From NCBI GenBank assembly GCA_963696385.1, contig CAVOKF010000006.1, forward strand, positions 453,387-517,386: a stretch of DNA of 64,000 nt, in the 5' to 3' direction. How positions within the stretch are numbered: position 1 is the stretch's first letter; each line of letters begins with the position of its first letter. Position numbers and translations under genes: made by a program. Source of the DNA: an uncultured delta proteobacterium. GTDB lineage: Bacteria > Myxococcota_A > Polyangia > Polyangiales > Polyangiaceae. The notes below the pieces were generated by a model. That model ran no database searches, was not told the origin of the DNA, and saw nothing but the letters and a program-made list of their open reading frames with translations. Below are positions 47,628-57,067 of the stretch, in pieces.

Positions 47628-49028
47628 ATGGGTCTTCGGTCTGCCGCGCGTTGGGTTCCTCTCGTCGCCGCCGGGCTCATGGCCGTCGCGTGCGCCACCG
47701 GCGGGGGCGGGGGCCCATCGCCCTCGGCCGGCAGCACCGGCGCCACCGGCGGCGCAAGCCTTTCCGGCGGGAACACGAGCCAGACGAGTCTCGGCGGAAG
47801 CGGGTCCCAGGCGTCCGGTCCGGATCTTTTGGGCGGGGCCGGGGCGAGCGACGCCATGGTCGGCGGCGACGCGTGCCAGCATCTGGCCGTACAATTTTTG
47901 CCGCGAATTCCGCTGGTCTTCGTGTTGGTCGACAGCTCCGGGAGCATGTACGACAAGACTCAAGGGACCGATGGCGGCATGACCGATGAGTGGACGCCTC
48001 TGCGCACCGCCACGCTCTCGGTGATCGCGAGCCTCGAATCTCAGGTGGACTTCGGTTTCGGCGCCTACGGGAGCAACGGCTCTACGACGCTTTACACTGC
48101 GGCCGATTACGCGGCGCACCTGTGCGGGATTTTGCCGGATACCTACGTTCCCATCAAGCCGGACAATTCTGCCATTGCCACCACGTACGCAGGGCTCCCC
48201 GACACGCAGCCGTATTCGAAGACCAATACGCCGGCGGAAATCGCGCTCGGACAAGCGGCGAACTACCTCGTCCAAGCCGCGACGGCCCAAGCCGACGCAG
48301 GCGGCGGAACCCGTCCGGGGGGCAAGTACATCCTTCTCGTGACCGACGGCGAGACCGACTTCTGCGACGACGGCAACGCTCTTTGTCCTGCGGACGCGGT
48401 CACGGCCGAGATTCAGTCGCTTTACACGCAGGGCATTCAGACGTTGGTCCTGGGGCTGCCGTCGGACCTTTCGACCATCTCGCCCGAGGCGCTTCAGGCG
48501 TTCGCGAATGCCGGCGCCGGGGTGGCCCCGGTGGCGCCCTCCGCCAGCGGCGCGGGCGGGCCCCCGGCATTGCCGCTCACCGTTTACCAGCAGTGCGACG
48601 GCGTTTTGGGTTGGGCGAACCTCTACGCGCAAGGGCCCAATGCCGCCGACACGGGCAACAACGGCACATCGCTCGCGACCTACGCTTCCGCGGATGCGTC
48701 CGTCATGAACGCGACGCTCTTCAGCCCGAATTCACTGAATATTACCGATCTCACCAACGAGATCACGACCGCCCTGGCCACGGTGAAGAGCTGTTCGTTC
48801 GACCTGCAGGGCTCGATCCAAGTCGACGTCTCCGAGGCCGGCGAGGGCCGCGTGACCCTCGACGGGACGAATATCCCCTATGTGGGCGATAGCGGAACCG
48901 ACGGCTGGATGATGTCCAGCGCGACGGAGCTCGATCTCGTGGGCTCCGCGTGCGAAACGTGGCGTTCGACCGGAAAGAACATCAGCTTCGACTTCCCGTG
49001 CGACGTCTTGTCGCCCCTGCTGCGGTAA
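47628..49028 (+). CDS. vWA-domain lipoprotein
   Basis: Lipobox AVAC, MIDAS VLVDSSGSM, TP and LLVTDG motifs, Cys-containing C-terminal domain. Confidence 0.82.
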   Translation: MGLRSAARWVPLVAAGLMAVACATGGGGGPSPSAGSTGATGGASLSGGNTSQTSLGGSGSQASGPDLLGGAGASDAMVGGDACQHLAVQFLPRIPLVFVLVDSSGSMYDKTQGTDGGMTDEWTPLRTATLSVIASLESQVDFGFGAYGSNGSTTLYTAADYAAHLCGILPDTYVPIKPDNSAIATTYAGLPDTQPYSKTNTPAEIALGQAANYLVQAATAQADAGGGTRPGGKYILLVTDGETDFCDDGNALCPADAVTAEIQSLYTQGIQTLVLGLPSDLSTISPEALQAFANAGAGVAPVAPSASGAGGPPALPLTVYQQCDGVLGWANLYAQGPNAADTGNNGTSLATYASADASVMNATLFSPNSLNITDLTNEITTALATVKSCSFDLQGSIQVDVSEAGEGRVTLDGTNIPYVGDSGTDGWMMSSATELDLVGSACETWRSTGKNISFDFPCDVLSPLLR

Positions 49029-49032
49029 GCGA

Positions 49033-49644
49033 TCAGCCCTTCGGTTCCGTCAGGCGCATCGACGGCCGAGTGCGAAACGCGTCGTACCATGCGCTGATCT
49101 TCGGGCGCCCCGCCCGGATGTCGCCGAGAACCTGGCGGAGCTCGAGCCATCCGAGCGTGACCGCCGCACAGATCTGCGCGAGATCCACGTTCGAACCGAA
49201 CGAAGGCGCCTCGCGCTCGAGTTCGTCGAGCCCTTGCTTCGCCTTTTGCGATTGTCCGTCGATCCACGGGGCCCAATGCAGAGCTTGGGGACGAGTCGTC
49301 CGCTCGTAGAACACCAAAATGGCCGCCTCCAGAATGCCGTCGCACAAGGCCTGCAAACGGAGCACGCGAAATCGTGCAGGGCCGCTGTCCGGCACGAGCT
49401 TCGGGCCGGCATGCAGCGTCTCGAGATACTCGCAGATGACGGGCGAATCGTAGAGTGCCGTGCCGTCGTCGAGCACGAGTGCCGGAATCTTGGACAGAGG
49501 ATTCACCCGTGACAACGTGGCGTCGGCCGCGACCGGCACAGGCCGCAAGAACTGGGTCTCGATCCGATCCTGCAGTCCGAGCTCGAACGCCACCACGCGG
49601 ACCTTGCGAACGTAGGGAGAGGTCTCCGTGAAGAAGAGCTTCAT
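49033..49644 (-). CDS. Glutathione S-transferase family protein
   Basis: TSPYVRKVRV, NPLSKIPAL and LYDSPVICEYL motifs. Confidence 0.92.
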   Translation of the reverse strand: MKLFFTETSPYVRKVRVVAFELGLQDRIETQFLRPVPVAADATLSRVNPLSKIPALVLDDGTALYDSPVICEYLETLHAGPKLVPDSGPARFRVLRLQALCDGILEAAILVFYERTTRPQALHWAPWIDGQSQKAKQGLDELEREAPSFGSNVDLAQICAAVTLGWLELRQVLGDIRAGRPKISAWYDAFRTRPSMRLTEPKG

Positions 49645-49753
49645 GAGACCCGAGCGTAGCTGAAGCGAGGGGCGGGGACGGCTCGAAGATCAGGCCCGAC
49701 AGGTCAGGTGTCCGCACGTCTTTGGACGCCCAGACGACCGGTGGACTCCGTCG

Positions 49754-50743
49754 CTAAAGCGAGACCGTTGCGACGCAGAAACCCCACGCTCCAGAGGCTG
49801 CGGTGCTAATCGCCTGAAACTGGACCTTCTCGATCTGGTCGGGTCCAGCGAACACCCCGCCATCCGGCGTCGGGTTGTAACAAAGCGTGTTGAAACTGCT
49901 CCACGGGGTCATTCCCGAGGTGACGCCCATGGCCGGTCGATAACAGTATTGCGCTCCATCGCCGCCGATAATGCTGATCTGCAGTCCGCCGGGCAAAGTG
50001 GGCGCCGGAGTGGCGGTGAGAGACCAGGTGAGCCCCGTCCCCGTAGGCGTGACGGCCGCAATGGCCGCCGCCCCCGCGGCTTGACCGACATTGAAACCGA
50101 TTGCGGCCCCCCAATTGGCATACGTCGGGCCCTCCGCCGCCAGCGTTCCGGCGCCGCATAGAGACGTCGAATCGACGCATCCTGTGCTGACGCCGTCGGT
50201 CGCGACAAACGCGTAACCGCCCGTGCCGACGGTCGACTGGTAACACTCGGAGTATGCAAACGCGCCGGTCCCGGTGGGCGCGGAACACATCGGATTCGGT
50301 GTCGATCCACAGCCGGTCGAGGCGCCCCCAGCCACCGCCGTTCCGGTGCCAGTCCCGGTTCCGGTGCCCGTCGCTCCCGTGGAACCGCTAGTCCCGGAGT
50401 TCGGGGTCCCGGTCGAGGAAGATCCGCTGTTGGGGTTTCCGGTGTTGCCACTCCCGCTATTGCCGTTTCCGTTGTTGCCGTTGCCGTTGCCGTTATTGCC
50501 GTTGTTGTTGTTGTTCGTGTAGACCGCGCCCTCGGAGCTCGAGCTGCTCGACGCACCGCCGCCGCCGTTGCCGTTCGTGCTCGAGCTGCTGTTGTCGCTC
50601 CCGCCGTTGTCGTTGCCGTTGTTGCCGTTGTTGTTGCTGAAGCCCGGCGGCGACGCCTGCGAACACGCGCTGGCCACGCAAAACGAGGTGCCGAGCGCTC
50701 CGAAACCTGCCCATGAGGTCCACGAGACGAGACGTCGATTCAT
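49754..50743 (-). CDS. Lipoprotein with N/G/S/T-rich linker and C-terminal carbohydrate-binding-like (CBM11/CIA30-like) domain
   Basis: Lipobox ASAC, poly-N/G linker, and NWGAAIGFNV...PWSSFN...VQFQ...FCVATVSL beta-sandwich pattern. Confidence 0.6.
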   Translation of the reverse strand: MNRRLVSWTSWAGFGALGTSFCVASACSQASPPGFSNNNGNNGNDNGGSDNSSSSTNGNGGGGASSSSSSEGAVYTNNNNNGNNGNGNGNNGNGNSGSGNTGNPNSGSSSTGTPNSGTSGSTGATGTGTGTGTGTAVAGGASTGCGSTPNPMCSAPTGTGAFAYSECYQSTVGTGGYAFVATDGVSTGCVDSTSLCGAGTLAAEGPTYANWGAAIGFNVGQAAGAAAIAAVTPTGTGLTWSLTATPAPTLPGGLQISIIGGDGAQYCYRPAMGVTSGMTPWSSFNTLCYNPTPDGGVFAGPDQIEKVQFQAISTAASGAWGFCVATVSL

Positions 50744-50933
50744 TGCAAATCCTCCAAAGGGCCCTCCCGGTGGAGGTGGCCGACGCCCGCGGTTTGGGGC
50801 GACGCATTCTGGCTTTAGATGGCGGCACATTCAATGCGGTTTGCATCGTCGGCGACCCAACGGGGACAAAACCCCCGGTTGACGCGCCGCGGCTGATTGA
50901 GATGCGGGGGCCGCCGCAGAGCCTTCCAGTCCG

Positions 50934-52004
50934 TCAAAACCCGGTCCAAACGGCGAGGCCGGCGCTCCCTCGACCGACGAGCGGCACCAGCCGAAGAGGG
51001 CCTGCAGCGGCCGAATCCCCTGCGGCCGGGACCGTCTGAGCACCTGAACGGGCCGAAAAGAGCAGATAGGCCCCGACGCCCACGGCCACGAGGCCGGCCC
51101 CGAGAGTGACATCGGCGATGAGGGCGTCCGTCTTGGCTGCATTGTTCTCCTGAATGGCACCGCTGGCGGTGGCCGGGCACATCGAGTTCGGGCACTGTTG
51201 CTTTGCGTCGTTGCTCTTCGACATCGCTTCGAGGCCGAAGACCGAGCCGACGCCGAGCGAGGCAAGACCCGCGACCCCGACCACGATTCCAGCGGCGCGT
51301 TGCCCGCCGGCCGATCGCACCGGCGGCGGCGGTTCCTCCGCGGTTTCCTTCGGCTCCGCGGTGCCGCCGATCATGGGCGGCGTGGGCTCGCTGCTCGTCT
51401 CGGGCGCGTCCTCGAGCTTGGGGACGGCGACCGACTCGTTGTCGCCGCTCACGCCGACGTTGACGTGCGACGACCAGGACTGCTTTCCCGGCGCGGTGGC
51501 CTCGATGACGTGGTCGCCCGGATCGACCGGCGAGGCGACGCCCCACGCCGCGGATCCGACGACGACCTTGTCGCGACTCACCTCCACGTTGGCCAGTGCG
51601 GCCGTCTCCGGCGCGACCGTGATCGTGAGCCGCGACAGCCTCGGCTCGAGCGAGGCCGCGTGTTGGCGCGCGAATTTCTCGCGATCGGCGCGGTCGGTCC
51701 GCTGAGCCTCGGAGACGAGCTCGATGAACTCGGCCCACGCCGTCGCGTTCTTGCCGAGCTGCTCGTGGCACATCGCGAGGGCCGTCAGCGTGCCGGTGCC
51801 GGGATCGAGTCGGTAGCTTTCGGCGAGTTTCGGACAGGCGCCCGCGTAGTCGCCGCTCGTCATGAGCCCCTTGGCCTCTTGGAAGAGCGTCTCGGCGAGG
51901 GCCGGGTCTTTTTGAGGCGACTGCGCATGAGCGGCCCCCGAAACGAGAGCGGCGCCGAGCAGCGCTCGAACGAACCGACGCTTACTGGCGCGAGTCCATG
52001 ACAT
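50934..52004 (-). CDS. TPR + PEGA-like protein with C-terminal hydrophobic hairpin
   Basis: AETLFQEAK..M..GDYAGACPKLAES...LAMCHE..GKNATAW TPR, VDPGDHVIEATAPG, two hydrophobic segments, ends GLAVWTGF. Overlaps the kinase stop. Confidence 0.82.
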   Translation of the reverse strand: MSWTRASKRRFVRALLGAALVSGAAHAQSPQKDPALAETLFQEAKGLMTSGDYAGACPKLAESYRLDPGTGTLTALAMCHEQLGKNATAWAEFIELVSEAQRTDRADREKFARQHAASLEPRLSRLTITVAPETAALANVEVSRDKVVVGSAAWGVASPVDPGDHVIEATAPGKQSWSSHVNVGVSGDNESVAVPKLEDAPETSSEPTPPMIGGTAEPKETAEEPPPPVRSAGGQRAAGIVVGVAGLASLGVGSVFGLEAMSKSNDAKQQCPNSMCPATASGAIQENNAAKTDALIADVTLGAGLVAVGVGAYLLFSARSGAQTVPAAGDSAAAGPLRLVPLVGRGSAGLAVWTGF

Positions 52005-53625
52005 GGTCGAACTCCCCTGCGCTCGGCTTTGCCGGCTCGGCGGCCGGCACGGCTGCCGTCTGGTTGGCTGGCGCGCCGGCGGGGCGCGCGGATCGCACCG
52101 CCGTAGGATCGGGCGCGGCGCGCGGGGGGGAAGGGGGGGGTGCCCAAGCGCTGGCCCGTACCGCGGGCGCTCCGCGAGGCGCAGACGGAGGGGGTTCTCG
52201 CGAGGACGCCGAGGCCCCTGCCGGCGACTCGGCGGTCGCGGAGGCCGGCGGTGCGACGGCCGGCGACGAAACGGGTGGCGACGAAACGGCCGGCGACGGA
52301 ACATCCACGGCGACGCGTGTGGGCGCCGGCCTTACTTCGCGAACGGGAACGGCACCCGTCAGCGGTACGCCATGCGGTCCGGCCCTGACTCGCGCGACGC
52401 TGACGCCGACCAGCGCGCCGACCGCGACAATCAGCGCCACCGCGGCCACCGCACTCGATGTGTGCCGCTTGGGCCGACCCAGGACCACCGGCCCGGCGCT
52501 GTGGACGGCGGCTTCCGACGTCGGCTGAGCCGCGAGGTCCGGACGAGACGAACTCGGCTCGGCGACGATCCCCGGCGTCGACCGCAGGGCGACCGCGGAG
52601 ATGGGAGGAGGAATCGACGAGCGCGTCATCGGCAAATACGAATCCGAATCGGGCGGCAGCATTCTCTCGACCGACGCCACGCGAGAGGCTCGGGTGGCAA
52701 GGGTCGAGCCCGCCGTCGCTTCGACCCACTCGCCCACTGCGAAAGCCGGCGCGGGAGACACGGCCGACTGCAGCGCGCGGGCCATCTCGCGGGCCGTGCC
52801 ATAGCGGCGCGACGGATCCGGATGGAGCCCTCGAAGCACGACTTCGTCGAGCTCTGGAGGGATGCCCTGCACCAGGTGGCTCGGCGCCTCGACCTTCGGG
52901 TACAGGACGTTCGCGAGCGTGCGGGCTTCGTTCTCGGCGAAAAATAAGCGTTTTCCCACAAGCGATTCCCACAGCGCGACGGACGCTGCGTAGACGTCGG
53001 TGGTGCGATCGACAATCCCCTGAACCTGCTCGGGCGCCATGTAGCTGATCTTGCCCTTGAGCTGCCCCTCGCGCGTCGTCTGCAGGCGCCCGAACGCTTT
53101 CGCGACGCCGAAGTCGAGCACGCGGGCGATGCCGTCGGTACCCACCAAGATGTTGTGCGGCGAGATGTCGCGATGCACGACGCCGAGAGGCTCGCCCCGA
53201 TCGTTGGTCGCTTCGTGGGCGGCGTGCAACCCCTCGAGAACTCCGACGAAGATGGCGGCGACAATCGGTACCGGAATCGAGCGCCCCGAGTCGCGCATCG
53301 TCCGCCAGAGTCGCGCGAGCGACTCGCCCGGCACGTACTCCATGACCAAAAATAGCTCGCCCGCCAGCGACACGATGTCGAGCGTTCCGATCACGTTCGG
53401 ATGGCGTACGCGCGCGGCGAGGCGCGCCTCGTCGAGGAACATCGACACGAAGTCGGGATCCTTGGCGAACTGGGCATGCAGCCGCTTGATCGCCACCGTG
53501 CGCGAAAAACCTACCGGACCGAGCAACCGCCCGATGTGCACGGTCGCCATGCCCCCCGCGGCGATCTCGTCGTAGAGGGCGTAGCGCCCGAGGACTCGGA
53601 CCCCGGTGTCGGGCAGGGGCATCAC
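51982..53625 (-). CDS. Hanks-type Ser/Thr protein kinase with TM helix and Pro/Ala-rich tail
   Basis: IAAGGMATV, VAIK, HRDISPHN, DFGVAK and YMAPE motifs, TM AVAAVALIVAVGALVGVSV, ends EFDHVMDSRQ. Confidence 0.95.
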   Translation of the reverse strand: MMPLPDTGVRVLGRYALYDEIAAGGMATVHIGRLLGPVGFSRTVAIKRLHAQFAKDPDFVSMFLDEARLAARVRHPNVIGTLDIVSLAGELFLVMEYVPGESLARLWRTMRDSGRSIPVPIVAAIFVGVLEGLHAAHEATNDRGEPLGVVHRDISPHNILVGTDGIARVLDFGVAKAFGRLQTTREGQLKGKISYMAPEQVQGIVDRTTDVYAASVALWESLVGKRLFFAENEARTLANVLYPKVEAPSHLVQGIPPELDEVVLRGLHPDPSRRYGTAREMARALQSAVSPAPAFAVGEWVEATAGSTLATRASRVASVERMLPPDSDSYLPMTRSSIPPPISAVALRSTPGIVAEPSSSRPDLAAQPTSEAAVHSAGPVVLGRPKRHTSSAVAAVALIVAVGALVGVSVARVRAGPHGVPLTGAVPVREVRPAPTRVAVDVPSPAVSSPPVSSPAVAPPASATAESPAGASASSREPPPSAPRGAPAVRASAWAPPPSPPRAAPDPTAVRSARPAGAPANQTAAVPAAEPAKPSAGEFDHVMDSRQ

Positions 53626-54178
53626 CCGCTTAACTTAACAAGCCGTGACGTCCGCGCGAAGACTTGCGCGCACTATTTCTTCGCGTTTTTCGCGCGTCGT
53701 CGCCGCGGAACGCCCCGCGCATCTCGTCCGTTTGGAAATTGATACTGGAGACGTCCGTCCATCCGATCCAACGGTCGTGGCGCCCGTCTTTCGGGAGCAG
53801 CCCCTCCGGCGTCTCGCCTCGGCGGTCGTGCGCAATGGACCCCTCACGCCGTCGGTCCCATCGGTCCGCGAGCCGGTCGGGAGGCGCGTCCGAGCCGAAG
53901 CACGACCCGCGGCCTCGCCTCCGGATGCGGATGGGTGACGTCGTCCAAAATGCCGTCCGTCCAAACGGCGCCGCATCGATCGTCGCCCCATTCGGCGCGG
54001 CTTCCCCCGGCACTTTTTGCTTGAGCCGTGGGCCGACTTCGGTGCAACTATGCGCCGCCCACGCCAGCGCCGATTGCACGATTCGTGACGCGGGCACTCG
54101 AATTGAAGTAGTGGACCCCCCAGAATCAATTACGACCCGACTTCCCGGGAGGGGGACGGCTCGTCGAGGTGAAACTCC

Positions 54179-56107
54179 ATGCGCGCAATCCAACTTGGCA
54201 TCTTCCTGACGGGCTCTCTTGTGGCCGCCTCCACCCCGGCGCTCGCGCAGAACGTGCTTCCGCCGCCTGCGGCCAATACCGGCGACACGTCCGGCGCCCC
54301 GGGCGCCACGCCTGCCCCGGCCGCGGCGCAACCGGGCGCCCAGCCGACTCCGCCCGTCGTCGAGGCCCTGCCGCCGCCGGTCGCCGGCGGACCTTCGAAT
54401 GGAGGCGACTCGGGTGCGGTCACAGGGACGCCCGCGCCGAGCGCCGTGCCCGCCGCACCGAATCCCGACGAATGGCGGTTTAGCTGGCACGGCTACTTTC
54501 GTGCGCCGATGCGAATCGGCGTCGGGAGTCGGCAAGCATGCCCGAAGGGTGCGACGGCTCCCCAGCCGGTCACCTCCGCCGAATTTCCGAGCACCGGGAT
54601 GTCGTACAACGGCCCGTACTGCGCGATGCCGGGTCAGGCCCATACGACGTTTCATTCGCCGTACGTCCCCGACGATCAGTATCTGGCGTGGAGCTACGAT
54701 CGGCAATGGGAGCAGGCGTGGACCGAGATCTTTCTCAGTTACGGAAATGACCATGTCGTGGGGACCGTCGGGCTTCAGGGATACGACTTTACGGACGTGT
54801 CGATGCTCGGCGACCAAGCCAATCCCGCGCAGTTCGGCGTCGGGCAGGGGTGGCTGACACTCACCCCGGATTTGCCGGTCGATGGCTTGGGGCTGACCTG
54901 GAAAGTGGGCGCCTTTTGGGAGAAATTCGGCCAAGCCGGCAAGTACGACGCGGGCCACTACGACACCTACATGTTCGGGCGCACCCACCTCATGGGCGAG
55001 GCGCTCAAGCTGCAATACGCCCTCGACGACGTCACGTTGAAAGTGGAGCACGGGTTCGGCGTGCACCTCGAAATGTCGCCGGCCGGAATCCCCGTCAACG
55101 GTTCGCCGAGTGCCCTGCCGACGTTCAATCCCGGTGCGGACAACAACATCGGCGGCGGCCCCGGCTACACGCTGGCGGACCACGTTCACGCGGGCATTTC
55201 GTTCGGAAAATGGCTCGATATCAACGCTCATTACCTGGTCGCGTGGGAGCAGGACGACCGCGAAGAAGGCACGGGTGAAGGCCCCACGACGGCGGGCGTC
55301 GTGATGAACGCCGGCCCGGCGTATCCGGTCGAACCGAGTGGATCGATCTCGGTGTACGGCGCCGAAGCGCGATTTACCGGCGGGGTCTTCGGCGAGGCTT
55401 ATCTCGCCTATTCGCATATTCAAGCGAAAAACGTGACGACGGTCGGACCGGCGATCGAAGTCGTCCACTCGTTGGGCGGCGGTGGGCACAACGCCGCGAA
55501 CGGCATTTACGAAAATTTCTTCAATGGTGTCGGCGACGGCAACGGAAATATCGACACGGTCCAAATCGAATACGATTTCAGCTTCGGTTATTTGTGGCGA
55601 AGGCTCCACAACGCGCACGCGACCTTTTGGGGCGACGGCCCCGACGTGAGGGTCGCGCTCTACGGCCTGTATTCCGTCGTGTCGGGAACCGACTCGACGA
55701 GCGTCAACCTGATTACGGGGATGCCGACCGACGGCACGCAAAAGCTCAAGTACGGCGCAGACGTCGTCGCCAGCCTGCTGCCGTGGCTGAGCGTGGGTGT
55801 TCGGGGCGACTACGTCCAGCCGGACTCGCACGACGTCCACGAGTCGTTTGGAGTCCTTTCTCCCAAAATCATGATTCACTCGAAATTCATCACCCACGAA
55901 GAGATTACACTCCAATACTCGCATTACTGGGACGGCGCCGACGTCCTTCCGCAGCAGTGGCTCTCGCTCGTGGGGCCCAAGAACATCAGCAGCGCCGCCG
56001 TTCAAGCCGCGAACGGAGGACCCATGGGGACCTACCCGAACTACGCGGGAACGCCTTACCCCAACGACGCCAACGTCTTCGGAATCAAGGGCACGATGTG
56101 GTGGTGA
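54179..56107 (+). CDS. Outer-membrane beta-barrel, LamB/maltoporin-like carbohydrate porin candidate
   Basis: Signal peptide (PALA-Q), first strand FSWHGYFRA (cf. LamB VDFHGYARS), and last strand VFGIKGTMWW (cf. LamB FGAQMEIWW). Confidence 0.62.
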   Translation: MRAIQLGIFLTGSLVAASTPALAQNVLPPPAANTGDTSGAPGATPAPAAAQPGAQPTPPVVEALPPPVAGGPSNGGDSGAVTGTPAPSAVPAAPNPDEWRFSWHGYFRAPMRIGVGSRQACPKGATAPQPVTSAEFPSTGMSYNGPYCAMPGQAHTTFHSPYVPDDQYLAWSYDRQWEQAWTEIFLSYGNDHVVGTVGLQGYDFTDVSMLGDQANPAQFGVGQGWLTLTPDLPVDGLGLTWKVGAFWEKFGQAGKYDAGHYDTYMFGRTHLMGEALKLQYALDDVTLKVEHGFGVHLEMSPAGIPVNGSPSALPTFNPGADNNIGGGPGYTLADHVHAGISFGKWLDINAHYLVAWEQDDREEGTGEGPTTAGVVMNAGPAYPVEPSGSISVYGAEARFTGGVFGEAYLAYSHIQAKNVTTVGPAIEVVHSLGGGGHNAANGIYENFFNGVGDGNGNIDTVQIEYDFSFGYLWRRLHNAHATFWGDGPDVRVALYGLYSVVSGTDSTSVNLITGMPTDGTQKLKYGADVVASLLPWLSVGVRGDYVQPDSHDVHESFGVLSPKIMIHSKFITHEEITLQYSHYWDGADVLPQQWLSLVGPKNISSAAVQAANGGPMGTYPNYAGTPYPNDANVFGIKGTMWW

Positions 56108-56301
56108 GGGCTCCCGAAACGCGCCCGTAGACCGTTTCGCTTGAGGGCCATCGGGGGGGGGCGCGATGGCGCGTGGGGTGCGCACGTCGGGCCTCAGCCG
56201 CATCGCGGCGCAGCCCGGTTTCCTCGGGAACCGCGTTCGCCGCGCCGCGGGCGCCGCCCTTTCTTGCTGTGCGGCTCGTGTGCGATAATCGTTGAATTCG
56301 G

Positions 56302-56859
56302 ATGGTCGCCCGCGATCTTTTTCATGCGACGCCGCGACGGATCACGCGAGCCGAGTACGACCGCATGGGTGAGCTGCAGTTCTTCGAGGGGGAGCGGGTC
56401 GAGCTCATTCACGGTACCGTCGTGCGGATGTCGCCCGTCGGGCCTTCGCACTCGAGCGTGGTCGGGCGATTGAACGAAATCCTTCTTCCTGCACTGCTGG
56501 GACGCGCGACGGTCCGAATCCAGCAACCCTGGATCGCGTACGACGACTCGGAGCCGGAGCCCGACATCGCCGTCGTTCCGCTGGGTCGCTACAACGAGCG
56601 CCACCCGGATACCGCGCTCCTCGTCGTCGAGGTGGGCGAGACTTCGCTCGCCTACGACCGCGAGACCAAAGGACCCCTGTACGCGGCGTCCGGCGTTGCC
56701 GAGTATTGGATCGTGGATCTGCCCGGACGCGCCGTGGAGGTGTACCGCAATCCCGAAGGCGGGCGCTACGCGCACGTGCGACGCGTCGTCGCCGGGGAAA
56801 GCGTAGGCCCCTGCGCATTTTCGGACCTTGCGTTCGCGGTGAACGACCTCGGGATGTAA
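56302..56859 (+). CDS. Uma2 family putative endonuclease
   Basis: RVELIHG, EPEPDIAV, LVVEVGETSLAYDR..K..LYA..GVAEYWIVD motifs. Confidence 0.9.
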   Translation: MVARDLFHATPRRITRAEYDRMGELQFFEGERVELIHGTVVRMSPVGPSHSSVVGRLNEILLPALLGRATVRIQQPWIAYDDSEPEPDIAVVPLGRYNERHPDTALLVVEVGETSLAYDRETKGPLYAASGVAEYWIVDLPGRAVEVYRNPEGGRYAHVRRVVAGESVGPCAFSDLAFAVNDLGM

Positions 56860-57067
56860 CCCGAACGCGACACGGCACGCCCCAGCCTTCGTCGGTGGCC
56901 ACATGAAAGGCGATGTCAATCGCCATCGGACCGGAGCCGGCGTTTGAGTGAAGACGGTCGCGAGTGCGCTCACGCCCCCGATCCCGCTCTTCCACCGTCC
57001 AGAAAACAGAACTGCGATTTTCCGCGCGTGCGGCCGCGGGGACGAACGCACGGCGCCGGCCGACCCG

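Noticed and set aside
53630..56203. 857-aa minus-strand ORF and similar long antisense ORFs (e.g. 2378..4291, 5799..7688, 23964..26021, 37830..40046)
   Set aside because: They are antisense shadows of well-supported genes, expected at this GC content, and carry no motifs.
56302..56859. Uma2 gene as a mobile element or defence system
   Set aside because: It is a common stand-alone family, with no flanking repeats, methylase or partner genes.
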